The notes below the pieces were generated by a model that worked only from the letters and a program-made list of their open reading frames with translations, was not told the origin of the DNA and searched no databases. Position numbers and translations under genes: made by a program. A stretch of DNA of 64,000 bases from a virus (taxonomy: Duplodnaviria > Caudoviricetes): the IMG/VR virus record IMGVR_UViG_3300047539_000078, positions 78,019 through 142,018 of that record. One strand, 5' to 3'. Positions 53,225-62,747 of the stretch are shown piece by piece (the stretch's first letter is position 1; each line of letters opens with the position of its first letter).

Positions 53225-56200
53225 CCTGTCCGCTAATCACGCCGTATACGACCGAGTGGGGCATCAAGCCGGAGACGCTGGACAGACTCTATGCGCTGCG
53301 GTTATGGGAACCAGAGAGAGACGGCCAGGTTCCGTTCAAGTGGCCGTCCCTCCTCCGCACCCATCACCGCACCACCGGGGAGGAAATCCGAATCCGGGAG
53401 TACCAGAAGGTTGCCATCCACCACCTGACCCATATGTCCCGGTTCATCCTCGGGGACGCCGTGGGTCTAGGTAAGACCATTGATTGCATCGCCGCGACCG
53501 CCTACATCAAGGAGCGGTTTCCCGGCGTCAAGGTCATAGTCCTCACCACAAAATCCACGACATACCAATGGCGCTCCGAATACGAGGATTTCAGCGAGAT
53601 GCGGCCATTCGTGCTGCAGGACAAGTTCGCCAAGCTGAAGAGCTACGAAGCCCGCTATGCCCAGTTCGAGGCGTTCTTCGCCAGCGAAAAGATGGATGTG
53701 ATGATCGCCAAGTACAGTTCCCTGATCGGCAAGCGCCGCACTATCAACGCCGAGTGGGATGAGCACGGGAACGCCGTCACCCCCGGAACCGTGGAGAAGT
53801 TCTCCCCGGAGATGAAGCGGTTCTGCCAGATAGTCAAGCCGCACGGCGGGAATCTGATCCTCATCTTGGACGAAGGCCACAAGTTCATGCATTCAAGCCA
53901 GACACGGAAGCTCGTGTTGGCTCTCTCCAAGTACGCCACATCGGTATGGACGCTGACAGCCACGGCCATCAAGAACCGACTGGACGAGTTCTACGGAATC
54001 GGGTCCGCCATTGGAATCCGTCCCCTCGGCTATATGGACGACTTCCAGGAGAAGTTCTGTATCATCCACGATGTCCACATCGGTAATGGCCGCTTTAAGC
54101 CGATGATCCAGGGCTACCGGAACATTCCCGAGTTCAAGAATGCCATGCGCCCGTTCTTCCTTGGGCGGAGCCAGAAACAGGTCAAGGAACCGCTCCCGGC
54201 ACTGGTAACTACCTATCATGCAATCGATCTGAACGACGAGCAGTCCGACCTTCTCCTGAACAAGATTCCGAGCGGCGAGTTCCAACTCCCGTCGCGACTC
54301 ATCGAGCATCTCGGCGAGATTTACGAGGAGGAGCGCGACCCGAACAACAAGATGACGATGCTGTCGCTCTATCAGCTCGTCGCCAACCACCCGTGCCTCA
54401 TAGACCCTTCGGATACTAAGACCTTCTACACGAAGGCGTTGTCCCCCAAGGAGGAAGCGCTCCTCGACATGCTGGACGGCGACTTCGACGGGGAGAAGGT
54501 CATCGTGTATGCACAACCGCTTGACGCTAAAATAGCCACGCCAATCGGATGGAAGAAAAACGGCGATTTGATTGTCGGCGACCGAGTGCTTGACCCAGAT
54601 GGCGGGACCGCTGTCGTAGAAGACATTTACCCACAAGGTAAAAAAGCTATATACAGACTTGTTACCAAAAGCGGTGCGTCCACTGAATGCTCCGAAGATC
54701 ACCTGTGGACGCTTCAAACATACACCGACCGTTACAAACATACTGGTAAGTGGCGCACCCACCCATTAAAGAAAATCATCCAAAAGCCGCTATTGCGCAT
54801 GAACAAAAACGGCAGCAAGCAGTACCGCTATTTCCTGCCCGTACCGCAACCGGTGGAATTCCACCCGCAATACCTGCCTATGCCACCGTACACACTCGGT
54901 GTGCTCCTTGGAGATGGGGATATAACTCGCTCGGCAACCTTCTGCTCCGCAGATGATGGAATCGTTTCTCGCGTCCGCAAGGAGGCCCCGCCGTCTATCA
55001 ATGTAGTTAAACACGGCGGCATCCAATACGGGTTGACGACTATTATACCGCACCAGAAGGATAAACACGGCCACAACTTGTCAGGAAATAATATCTACAT
55101 CAATGCATTGCGAGACTTGCGCTTACTTGGGTTGGGATGTGAGGACAAACGCATTCCGCCCGCGTATATGTGCGGAACCGTCAAGGAACGTCTGTCGCTG
55201 TTGCACGGTTTGATGGACACGGATGGAACTATAGGACACAATAACCAGCCGAGTTTTTCCTCGGTTTCGGAGACACTTGCGAAGAACGTAGCGGAGTTGG
55301 TGCGATCACTCGGGGGTCTGGCGAGCGTACTCGGCCCATATAAATCATTTTTCATAAAGAACGGAATCAAGGCTGAAGGGCTCCCGCATTGGCAAGTCAA
55401 TGTTCGGACGCTAGAGAATCCGTTCCATCTGCGGCGTAAGGCTAAAAGATGGCGCTTCGCTGACATTGGCAATCCCATAAAATCCATAGAATTCGTCGGA
55501 TACAAGGAATGCCAGTGCATCCGCGTGTCTTCAAAGCGCTCCCTCTATCTGACGGATGACTACATCCCCACGCACAACACGAAGTACAAGTCCTGGATCA
55601 ACCGGCTGGAACGCCTCACGAAGGACGGCCACTTCACTAAGCGAAAGTTCCTGCGCATCACGGGGGCGGAGTCCGAGAAGCAGCGGGATGTCAATAAGCG
55701 GCTCTTCCAGGACCCCAACAGCGGGTACGACCTGATCGTCATCAACGCGGCTGGCATGGACGGCATCAATCTACAGTCCGCCGCGCACCTAATCCTCCTG
55801 GACGCTCCCTGGTCATGGGGCGACCTGATCCAGCTCGTTGGCCGCATGGTCCGCATGGCGTCGCCGCATAGCATGTGTACGCTCCATATCTTCGTCGCCA
55901 ACGGCACCATCGACGAATACACGATAGAGACGCTGAAGGGGAAGAAACAACTGTTCGAGGCCATCCTCGGGGAATCGCACTCGGCCGGACTGCTGGACGA
56001 CAAAGCCGCGTTCGACCTCACATCCGGCATGGACAGCATCGGAAGCGATGAGGAATTCCACGAGCTGCTCCGCACGCACTGCAAGTCGATGAGCATGGCC
56101 AAATTCGTGGGGGGCGTCCAACTCGTCAAGGCCATGGAGGACGAGGATTACGTCCCGATCTTCCAGCGGGGGAAGAAAGCCAGCAAGAAGAAGGACGGCC

Positions 56201-56244
56201 ACGAAGATTTGTTTGAAAAATGGGGAGGGGATACGGTATCATAG
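53221..56244 (+). CDS. SNF2-like SF2 helicase containing an intein
   Basis: LGDAVGLGKT, LDEGH, LTAT...N, DGINLQ, Q.VGRM.R. Confidence 0.92.
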   Translation: MTCPLITPYTTEWGIKPETLDRLYALRLWEPERDGQVPFKWPSLLRTHHRTTGEEIRIREYQKVAIHHLTHMSRFILGDAVGLGKTIDCIAATAYIKERFPGVKVIVLTTKSTTYQWRSEYEDFSEMRPFVLQDKFAKLKSYEARYAQFEAFFASEKMDVMIAKYSSLIGKRRTINAEWDEHGNAVTPGTVEKFSPEMKRFCQIVKPHGGNLILILDEGHKFMHSSQTRKLVLALSKYATSVWTLTATAIKNRLDEFYGIGSAIGIRPLGYMDDFQEKFCIIHDVHIGNGRFKPMIQGYRNIPEFKNAMRPFFLGRSQKQVKEPLPALVTTYHAIDLNDEQSDLLLNKIPSGEFQLPSRLIEHLGEIYEEERDPNNKMTMLSLYQLVANHPCLIDPSDTKTFYTKALSPKEEALLDMLDGDFDGEKVIVYAQPLDAKIATPIGWKKNGDLIVGDRVLDPDGGTAVVEDIYPQGKKAIYRLVTKSGASTECSEDHLWTLQTYTDRYKHTGKWRTHPLKKIIQKPLLRMNKNGSKQYRYFLPVPQPVEFHPQYLPMPPYTLGVLLGDGDITRSATFCSADDGIVSRVRKEAPPSINVVKHGGIQYGLTTIIPHQKDKHGHNLSGNNIYINALRDLRLLGLGCEDKRIPPAYMCGTVKERLSLLHGLMDTDGTIGHNNQPSFSSVSETLAKNVAELVRSLGGLASVLGPYKSFFIKNGIKAEGLPHWQVNVRTLENPFHLRRKAKRWRFADIGNPIKSIEFVGYKECQCIRVSSKRSLYLTDDYIPTHNTKYKSWINRLERLTKDGHFTKRKFLRITGAESEKQRDVNKRLFQDPNSGYDLIVINAAGMDGINLQSAAHLILLDAPWSWGDLIQLVGRMVRMASPHSMCTLHIFVANGTIDEYTIETLKGKKQLFEAILGESHSAGLLDDKAAFDLTSGMDSIGSDEEFHELLRTHCKSMSMAKFVGGVQLVKAMEDEDYVPIFQRGKKASKKKDGHEDLFEKWGGDTVS
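54511..55578 (+). mobile_element. Class-3-type intein (Ala1, WCT triplet) with LAGLIDADG homing endonuclease
   Basis: Starts AQPLDA; block B CSEDHLW; LGVLLGDG and LHGLMDTDG; block F CQCIRV; ends IPTHN/T; lower GC. Confidence 0.9.
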
Positions 56245-56247
56245 GGA

Positions 56248-56547
56248 ATGGGCAAGTTTGGGATCACCGGCATAACGCTGAGCGTTGAGTTTGGAGACAC
56301 CAGCTACGGTGCGGGCACCAAATCCTTCATGAATTTGCAGGCCCGCGTGTCCGATGGCGATTCCATCCCAGTAGAGACCCCAGAAACGGCAGTCGCTGCC
56401 GGAATGGATTTGTATTTGACAGCTTGGACGACGCTACTAGCCAGTCGCTTGGCCGTGGGAACCATCGGCAAGGAAGATTACCAAAAACACATGCGGATTC
56501 TCAAAGAACGCTTCAGCGCTGTCAAGGCAAAAATATGTCAACCGTAG
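56248..56547 (+). CDS. Hypothetical protein
   Basis: 99-aa ORF after the helicase. Confidence 0.6.
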   Translation: MGKFGITGITLSVEFGDTSYGAGTKSFMNLQARVSDGDSIPVETPETAVAAGMDLYLTAWTTLLASRLAVGTIGKEDYQKHMRILKERFSAVKAKICQP

Positions 56548-56822
56548 ACAAGAAGTATTCATGCAAGGACTGCTTGGGGACGTATTCCAACGCGGCGGAA
56601 TTCACCGAGCACATTCCCGAGTGCGTGCCGGTCGCCAACTCCGACATTCTCCTGAAGGACGCCGTCACGCTGCTTCGGCGCTTCGTGGTGAAGATGCGCA
56701 AGGGAGTCTTGATCGGGCGAAACCCGGGCGAGAAGGAAGAACTTGCCATCATCGAACTGGCCGACGCCACCGTGGACTGGATGAAGAGAAACGGTCTGCA
56801 AGGAAGCGCCCTGAGACAATGA
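56535..56822 (+). CDS. Small protein with C2HC-type zinc finger
   Basis: YSCKDC..Y.....F..HI.EC. Confidence 0.55.
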   Translation: MSTVDKKYSCKDCLGTYSNAAEFTEHIPECVPVANSDILLKDAVTLLRRFVVKMRKGVLIGRNPGEKEELAIIELADATVDWMKRNGLQGSALRQ

Positions 56823-57907
56823 GCACCGCAGCCATATTCAACGCCGTCAAGGCCGAGCAGTTGCTCGCCGGGTCGGACCTCCTGACCCAGATCGAGGAAT
56901 TCCGCAAGGAGCTTCGATACACGACGGACGGAATCGCGTTCAGCTACGACGACTACTACACCGTCCTGCAGAAGCAAATTTCAGCCCTGCCGCACTTGCA
57001 GCTCGACTCCGAAGTCCCGTCCGGGACGGAGAGCCAGTACCAGGTGATGCTCATCACGGCGCTGGAGAAAATCTACACCGACATCGAGCGCATCTCCCTG
57101 AAGCTTTCCCACTTCCAGTCCAAGATCAAGTCCGCCGAGGAACGGTCGGCGTCCATCAAGGCGTCGTTCGTGGCGTGGTATTCGCTTGCATTGGACGAAT
57201 ACCTCACGCAATGCGACAAGAAGCTTCCGGCGACCACGATTGCCAACCTAGCATCTTCCGAGTTTGAGCGTATGATGCAGGGCGTCAGCATCGAGCTTTC
57301 CAACATCGTGCTGGCCGTCAAGGTGCAGGTCGAAATCCTCAACAAGCGGAAGAAGACCGCGCAGGAGAAGTTCAGTCTCGGCAAGGATCAAGCCAATGCA
57401 TCCTGGACGGCTCGACTACTTCCAGCCGATAAGGGAACGTCGTCCGACCCGGGCGCACAAAGCCTGCTCGTGACGGACGAGGAGGAGGATTACGAAGTCC
57501 CGGCGTTCGTCTCTAAGCAGCCGAGCATCGGGAATGAACAGCCGCAGGCGGAGTTGCCAACAGTGCGGCAGGTACGAGTCATGGATGACCAAATCGAGCT
57601 TCCACATAAGCCGAAGGGCTTCTTCAAGGTAGGAGATGCGCAACCCGTGACGGGCGTGCTGCCGGGTCAGTTCATAGGTATCCACGAAGCTTTTCCTCCG
57701 CCCCATGCCGCACACGTGTCCGCCCCGCCCCGAGGCGTTCCGTGTCCCCTTTGCCATCCCGAGAGCATCCCGGAAGGCAAGAGCCTTGTCACCGTGCTGA
57801 CCGAATTCGCTATGTCTATGCCAATTGCGGTTGAACCCAAGCAGGCTCCTCACGAGAAACCCCGGCGCTTCATCAAACGGCGCAAGCCGGAACATCTCGG
57901 GTTATGA
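56819..57907 (+). CDS. Coiled-coil hypothetical protein
   Basis: Helical N-terminal 200 aa, ATGA-coupled. Confidence 0.6.
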   Translation: MSTAAIFNAVKAEQLLAGSDLLTQIEEFRKELRYTTDGIAFSYDDYYTVLQKQISALPHLQLDSEVPSGTESQYQVMLITALEKIYTDIERISLKLSHFQSKIKSAEERSASIKASFVAWYSLALDEYLTQCDKKLPATTIANLASSEFERMMQGVSIELSNIVLAVKVQVEILNKRKKTAQEKFSLGKDQANASWTARLLPADKGTSSDPGAQSLLVTDEEEDYEVPAFVSKQPSIGNEQPQAELPTVRQVRVMDDQIELPHKPKGFFKVGDAQPVTGVLPGQFIGIHEAFPPPHAAHVSAPPRGVPCPLCHPESIPEGKSLVTVLTEFAMSMPIAVEPKQAPHEKPRRFIKRRKPEHLGL

Positions 57908-58365
57908 TAGCCGACATCCGCATCGACACGAGCTATCGGGACAGCTTGTCAAAATACTCCGATAGCGACCTCGCGTCCGTTGAATCAGTGGAAATCCCTT
58001 GGGAAAGTTCGCAAATCGCGAAGATGGATCGGTTCCCCGACATGAAGTTCACGATCCTCGTGCGCGATGAGCGCATGATGGCGCAAGCCGCTGACCGGCT
58101 AGGGCGCACACTCCGGCTTAGTGTGGTGTGTGTCCAAGAGGCTGGATTGACCCTAGTCGACCGGAAGCATCCCAAGTGGCTGGAGTTCGTTCGGAAAAAC
58201 GGCCCTGTCGTAAGCCGGGGAGTTCTGTTACAATTGCTGAAGCGGGGCATCAAGCTCGGAAACCACCCGCCCCTTGCGCTGGTCGTCGATGACATGCTGG
58301 CGGGGGACATCCACGTCAAGGATGCGGATGTGTTCCTCCGACTCCACAAACTGAGAGGACTGTGA
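57904..58365 (+). CDS. Hypothetical protein
   Basis: Coupled ORF. Confidence 0.55.
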   Translation: MIADIRIDTSYRDSLSKYSDSDLASVESVEIPWESSQIAKMDRFPDMKFTILVRDERMMAQAADRLGRTLRLSVVCVQEAGLTLVDRKHPKWLEFVRKNGPVVSRGVLLQLLKRGIKLGNHPPLALVVDDMLAGDIHVKDADVFLRLHKLRGL

Positions 58366-58616
58366 TGTACCCAGAGTCGTCATGGGTCTGGTCGATGCGG
58401 GGCAAAGTCAATACACGGCTGCGAGAGGCACACAATTGCGGCGTCAATATCTGCATTGACATTATCCAAGCGAAGATTAAAAACCTAACCAAGCGGGACA
58501 GTATATACGGTACATGTCACCGAGGAGATAAGCAGTTATTCAACGAACTCATTGGGGAACTCCAGACAGCCTTGCTGCTTACCCGAAAACCAAAGAAGAA
58601 ATTGAGAGGACTGTGA
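58362..58616 (+). CDS. Hypothetical protein, paralogue A
   Basis: G...CI..IQAKI..QLFNEL shared with the next gene. Confidence 0.55.
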   Translation: MMYPESSWVWSMRGKVNTRLREAHNCGVNICIDIIQAKIKNLTKRDSIYGTCHRGDKQLFNELIGELQTALLLTRKPKKKLRGL

Positions 58617-59011
58617 TGGCTACGACAAAAACCGCAGAGCAACACGTTGAAAAACTGGTTCGTCTTCGACTCCGAAACGAAGGCATCGACGCCTGCATCG
58701 CCGTCATACAGGCGAAGATTGACTTCAACACCAACAAGATTATGTCCACGTACGTGGATTCCCCGAGCGGTCGCACGGAAACCATCGAGGAGGGCGAGTG
58801 GATGGGTAGCGCCTACGAGTGGCAGCTCTTCAACGAACTCAAGAAGAAATTCGAGGCATGCTCAAGCGCTGATGGAAATCATCCCCCTATATTCGCAGGA
58901 CGGCGGACCCCCGAAAGCCTACAAATGCGTTCGGTGCGGAGCCGTCACCAAGACATCCGTGGGGATAGACCGCCACCTGTGGCAGAAGCACAAGGTGCGG
59001 CACCAACTTGA
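58613..59011 (+). CDS. Hypothetical protein, paralogue B (3' end probably extended by an indel)
   Basis: GIDACIAVIQAKI..QLFNEL. Confidence 0.5.
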   Translation: MMATTKTAEQHVEKLVRLRLRNEGIDACIAVIQAKIDFNTNKIMSTYVDSPSGRTETIEEGEWMGSAYEWQLFNELKKKFEACSSADGNHPPIFAGRRTPESLQMRSVRSRHQDIRGDRPPPVAEAQGAAPT

Positions 59012-59072
59012 CCTTTTCTCAAATCCGACAAATAGAGGCCAATTCCCCCACGGCACATTGGCGACCGAATGA
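58872..59072 (+). CDS. Small C2H2 zinc-finger protein
   Basis: YKCVRCG....T..GI.RHL.QKH. Confidence 0.6.
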   Translation: MEIIPLYSQDGGPPKAYKCVRCGAVTKTSVGIDRHLWQKHKVRHQLDLFSNPTNRGQFPHGTLATE

Positions 59073-59539
59073 TCCACACTGATTTCTACCACTTCCCACC
59101 AAGTCGCATCACACCCCTCATTTGGTTGGGGAGCTATCAGAACGGTGCCGATCTTGCACTCGCCAACCCGCTTGATATCCGTGCGGTCCTCAACATCAGC
59201 ACCGAGGAACCGTACGCCAAGCGAGCCGGGATAGAATACAAGGAAATTCCGGTCGAGGACGGATGCGCCTTCCCCGACGCGGAGTTTCGAGCCTGCATGG
59301 ACTTCATGACGGAGCAGCACAAAAAGGGTGCCAAGATGCTCGTGCACTGCGCGGCGGGGATCAGCCGGTCGGCGAACACCGTGGCGGCATTCTTGCATGT
59401 CTCCGGCCAGATGCCCCTGGAGCTGGCTGTCCAGCACGTCAAGAAGTGCCGTCCCATCGTGATGCCCCACCCCAAAACCTACAACAGCATCAAGAAACTC
59501 TTGGGGGTGTGGCCGTACGGACTCGGTGGACTGGGATAA
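59069..59539 (+). CDS. Dual-specificity protein phosphatase
   Basis: IWLGS, AVLN, IP.ED, VHCAAGISRS. Confidence 0.92.
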   Translation: MIHTDFYHFPPSRITPLIWLGSYQNGADLALANPLDIRAVLNISTEEPYAKRAGIEYKEIPVEDGCAFPDAEFRACMDFMTEQHKKGAKMLVHCAAGISRSANTVAAFLHVSGQMPLELAVQHVKKCRPIVMPHPKTYNSIKKLLGVWPYGLGGLG

Positions 59540-59764
59540 TCTACTATCCAATCCCGTATAGGGGGATGCGATGGCCGAAGAACACCTAATCCTAATGATT
59601 GCGAACACCTACAAGAAGCTCCCGCCCGAGGAGCGCATGGTGAAGATTCGCAAGATTTGCCGGGAATCCCGCGATACCCGCGAGTTCATCAAGAACCGCT
59701 TCCCCGACATGTACCGCGAAGCATACCCGAACGGTCACACACCCGTGGATTACGAGGCTTTGTA

Positions 59765-60265
59765 ATGGCCGAAATCGTCAAGCCGCCCGCACGATACAAT
59801 GCCAAGGGGAAGTACGTCGTCTTCCTCGCTGGCACCATAGATCAAGGTCGTGGCGAGAACTGGCAGAAGCGTGTGGAGGAAAAACTCTCCGGTTTCGGAG
59901 ACTGGCTCCTGATCCTCAATCCCCGCCGCGATGACTGGGACTCTTCTTGGGAACAAACAATTGAAAACAAAGAGTTTAAGAACCAAGTGACCTGGGAATT
60001 AAACGGTCAGGAAGCCGCCGATATGGTGATGTTCGTCTTCGCCACGGACGAGGAGAACGCCAAGGAAGCCAAGGCACCCATCACGCTCCTTGAATTAGGG
60101 CTTTTCAGAAACAAGGAATGTGTGGTAGTATGTCCTAAGACCTTCTATCGGAAAGGAAATGTGGACATTGTCTGCGAACGCTATGGAATCCCCGTTTACG
60201 AAGATTTGGACACGATGCTTGACGACCTTATCCAGACTATTGCCGCATCGGAACCAGGGTCCTGA
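59765..60265 (+). CDS. Nucleoside 2-deoxyribosyltransferase-like protein
   Basis: VFLAGTI, WQ, NPRR.DWD, QV.WE, PITLLELG, Y.KGNV. Confidence 0.85.
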   Translation: MAEIVKPPARYNAKGKYVVFLAGTIDQGRGENWQKRVEEKLSGFGDWLLILNPRRDDWDSSWEQTIENKEFKNQVTWELNGQEAADMVMFVFATDEENAKEAKAPITLLELGLFRNKECVVVCPKTFYRKGNVDIVCERYGIPVYEDLDTMLDDLIQTIAASEPGS

Positions 60266-60667
60266 GTGCGACATCTGCCACAAGCATCACTTCCCCGTCA
60301 CCAACATCGAGGACGCCACGCCGGAATACGTGCGTGCGCACATCCGTCAATGGGAATCAAGACACCTGGAGGGCCAGCGCAAGCAATCGGAAAAAGTCAT
60401 GGCCGAGATTCGGGAACTGTGCCCGCTCCCCTTTGATGTACCCAAGGCCGAATCAGACATCAAGCAACGGATTGCTCTACACCGTCGTCGAAACCGAAGA
60501 TGACAGTTGGGTCTTCCGCTGCGACCCGTGCGGCCAGACGCAGGACATGGACGATTCCCTCACCCCGTTTCCCCACCTACCCGGCTGCCCCATGATTAAA
60601 GCCGATGCGCGGCCAATCACGCAGAAAGTAGTTGCACCCGCTAATCTACGGGTCTATACTCGTTTGT

Positions 60668-61186
60668 ATGGATACGGTTTTGGGTATTGCGGAAGCAGCC
60701 TATTTACTCAACAACTGCTACACCCTCGCAACACACTCAAGTTGCGCCAAGATGAAGTTCGGTAGCATCGTTGTTGATGTGATCGGAAATCATGCTGGGA
60801 GTGGTTGGAACCGTTCCCCGAACCCGGCCTGCAGCGATTGCGAGCATCTGTGCGCGGGCGGCATCCGCAAAGGCATCAAGTCGGGCACGCGGCTGGAACT
60901 CTGCTATGCAGTCCACGCCGAGCAGTGGGCCATCCTAGAAGCTGGACAAAAACCAAACGGCGGCGTCATCCTCGTGGCAGGCGTCAACGCCAAGGGTGAG
61001 AAGCACCTACGAGACAAGTCCCTCCCTCTGGGTCACCCCAACCGTGGATTCTATTGCAGCTTGTGCGCCAGAATGATATGGGCCGCCGGTCTCAAGGGCG
61101 TGTGGGTCGACGGCGTAGATGGTCCCATCTTCGAGACATTGGAAGAAATCTGGGCATCCAGCTACGCCGTGGGAGCGAGCGTCTGA
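60668..61186 (+). CDS. Second dCMP/cytidine deaminase-like protein
   Basis: SSC....G.IV, G.N, SGTRLELCYAVHAEQ, CSLC.RMI..AG. Confidence 0.8.
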   Translation: MDTVLGIAEAAYLLNNCYTLATHSSCAKMKFGSIVVDVIGNHAGSGWNRSPNPACSDCEHLCAGGIRKGIKSGTRLELCYAVHAEQWAILEAGQKPNGGVILVAGVNAKGEKHLRDKSLPLGHPNRGFYCSLCARMIWAAGLKGVWVDGVDGPIFETLEEIWASSYAVGASV

Positions 61187-61641
61187 TGCAGCGGTACGTG
61201 GTCGGGGTCGTCTTCGACGAAAAGATGCAGTATGTCCTTCTCATCCGCAAGAACAGACCGGAATTCATGGCCGGGAAGCTCAATGTCATTGGCGGGCACA
61301 TAGAGGAAGGCGAAACCGACAAGCACGCCGTCATGCGGGAAGTCTTCGAAGAGTCGGATGTCTACGGCGTCGAATGGCACGAGTTCCTCCGCCTGAAGCG
61401 GCCAAACAAGGAAATGATCGGCTTCTGGGCCGTGGGGAACATATGGGGTGCCCTTGGCAGAACCGACGAGGAGCCGCAAATCCACAATATCGCTTCAATA
61501 CCGGTTCTTTACATGGAAGGCAAGATGGTGATGGATACGGCATGGCTTATCATGATGGCGCACGAGGCGGCGATGCGGGGTACGTCGTACTACGTGCGGG
61601 ATACAACTGAGGGGGCGGATGCGTGGAGCACGTTAGAGTAA
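61186..61641 (+). CDS. Nudix hydrolase
   Basis: GGHIEEGETDKHAVMREVFEES. Confidence 0.9.
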   Translation: MQRYVVGVVFDEKMQYVLLIRKNRPEFMAGKLNVIGGHIEEGETDKHAVMREVFEESDVYGVEWHEFLRLKRPNKEMIGFWAVGNIWGALGRTDEEPQIHNIASIPVLYMEGKMVMDTAWLIMMAHEAAMRGTSYYVRDTTEGADAWSTLE

Positions 61642-62037
61642 GAGGGGATTGGTCTGTCAGCCCGCTGCGTGAGGCAAAAACACTCATTGCGGTTTTGAAG
61701 CAGGAAGGAATCGCCGGTGCTGGTCTGATCAAGGCGTTCGAGAAGTGGGCTCCCAAGATTCTGGGATACTCCCGCGCTGATATGGATGCCATGTACCGGG
61801 CGCAGACGGGCAAGCCCTTGAGCGATTACATCCTGCTCCAGCAGGCCGATAAGGTTTGTCGTTACAACGGTTTTGGCCCTGAGAAAGAGATGTTCAAAAA
61901 GGCTATTGCAAACGGCAGAACACTCCTAGTATCGCGTCTTAAGTAGGCGGGAAAGAAGACAAGTACTTTATAATCATACACTTACCGGATTAGCCCTTTC
62001 GCACGACTCCGTGGTATAATGCCTTCAGGGAGATAAA

Positions 62038-62646
62038 ATGAAAAAGGAAGACATCACGTTGGGAATGGAAGTAAAGGTGAGAGGGAAGGGGATCGCGGAA
62101 GTCATTGACCTCTGCCCTACTTACAAGTGCTACGTGAAGGTCCGCCTGAATTCCGGCGAGGAAACCATGTACGATGTTGTCTACATGTCACCAGCACCGC
62201 CGCCCAAGGCTAAGAAGCCGCTCCGCTCGTTCAACCCAGATCCCGCTCCCGCGTATGCCTTCATGGGATGGTGCGCCGTCAATTCCAACCTTTGGATGCC
62301 GACTTCTGCACCGCCGGAGGATTTCCAGAACGCATGGGAGGACATCTACGAGACTCAGAAGACCGACCCCACGGGCGTGACCAAGAAGGCGGAAGGCTCG
62401 ATCGGGACGTGCTTCGACATGGTCATCTCGAAGCCGTCGTGCGACACTGAAAAGCTGGGGAAGGCGCTTGGAGTGGAGTTCCACGATTTCTTCGGCGAGG
62501 CGAAGGCGTCAACCGTGCTCCTGTATGGCGCACGCAAGTGCTGGTTCTTCCACTTTCTCCGCCATGGCTTCAAAGACGGGAAGGGACCCCGCGACCTGCA
62601 AGCCATCCGTGCGACGGTCGACGCGGGGACGAAGGGCGACCTGTAA
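62038..62646 (+). CDS. Probable early protein with SH3/KOW-like N-terminus
   Basis: GTGGTATAAT at 62011 and GGAG RBS. Confidence 0.6.
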   Translation: MKKEDITLGMEVKVRGKGIAEVIDLCPTYKCYVKVRLNSGEETMYDVVYMSPAPPPKAKKPLRSFNPDPAPAYAFMGWCAVNSNLWMPTSAPPEDFQNAWEDIYETQKTDPTGVTKKAEGSIGTCFDMVISKPSCDTEKLGKALGVEFHDFFGEAKASTVLLYGARKCWFFHFLRHGFKDGKGPRDLQAIRATVDAGTKGDL

Positions 62647-62747
62647 GCAGGAGAAGAAAAATGGACTACCAGAAGCATTTCGACGATGGTGCGAAGTGTG
62701 GGGTTTGGGGAATTCTTATTTTGGGGAATTAGTCCTTTATTTTGGGG

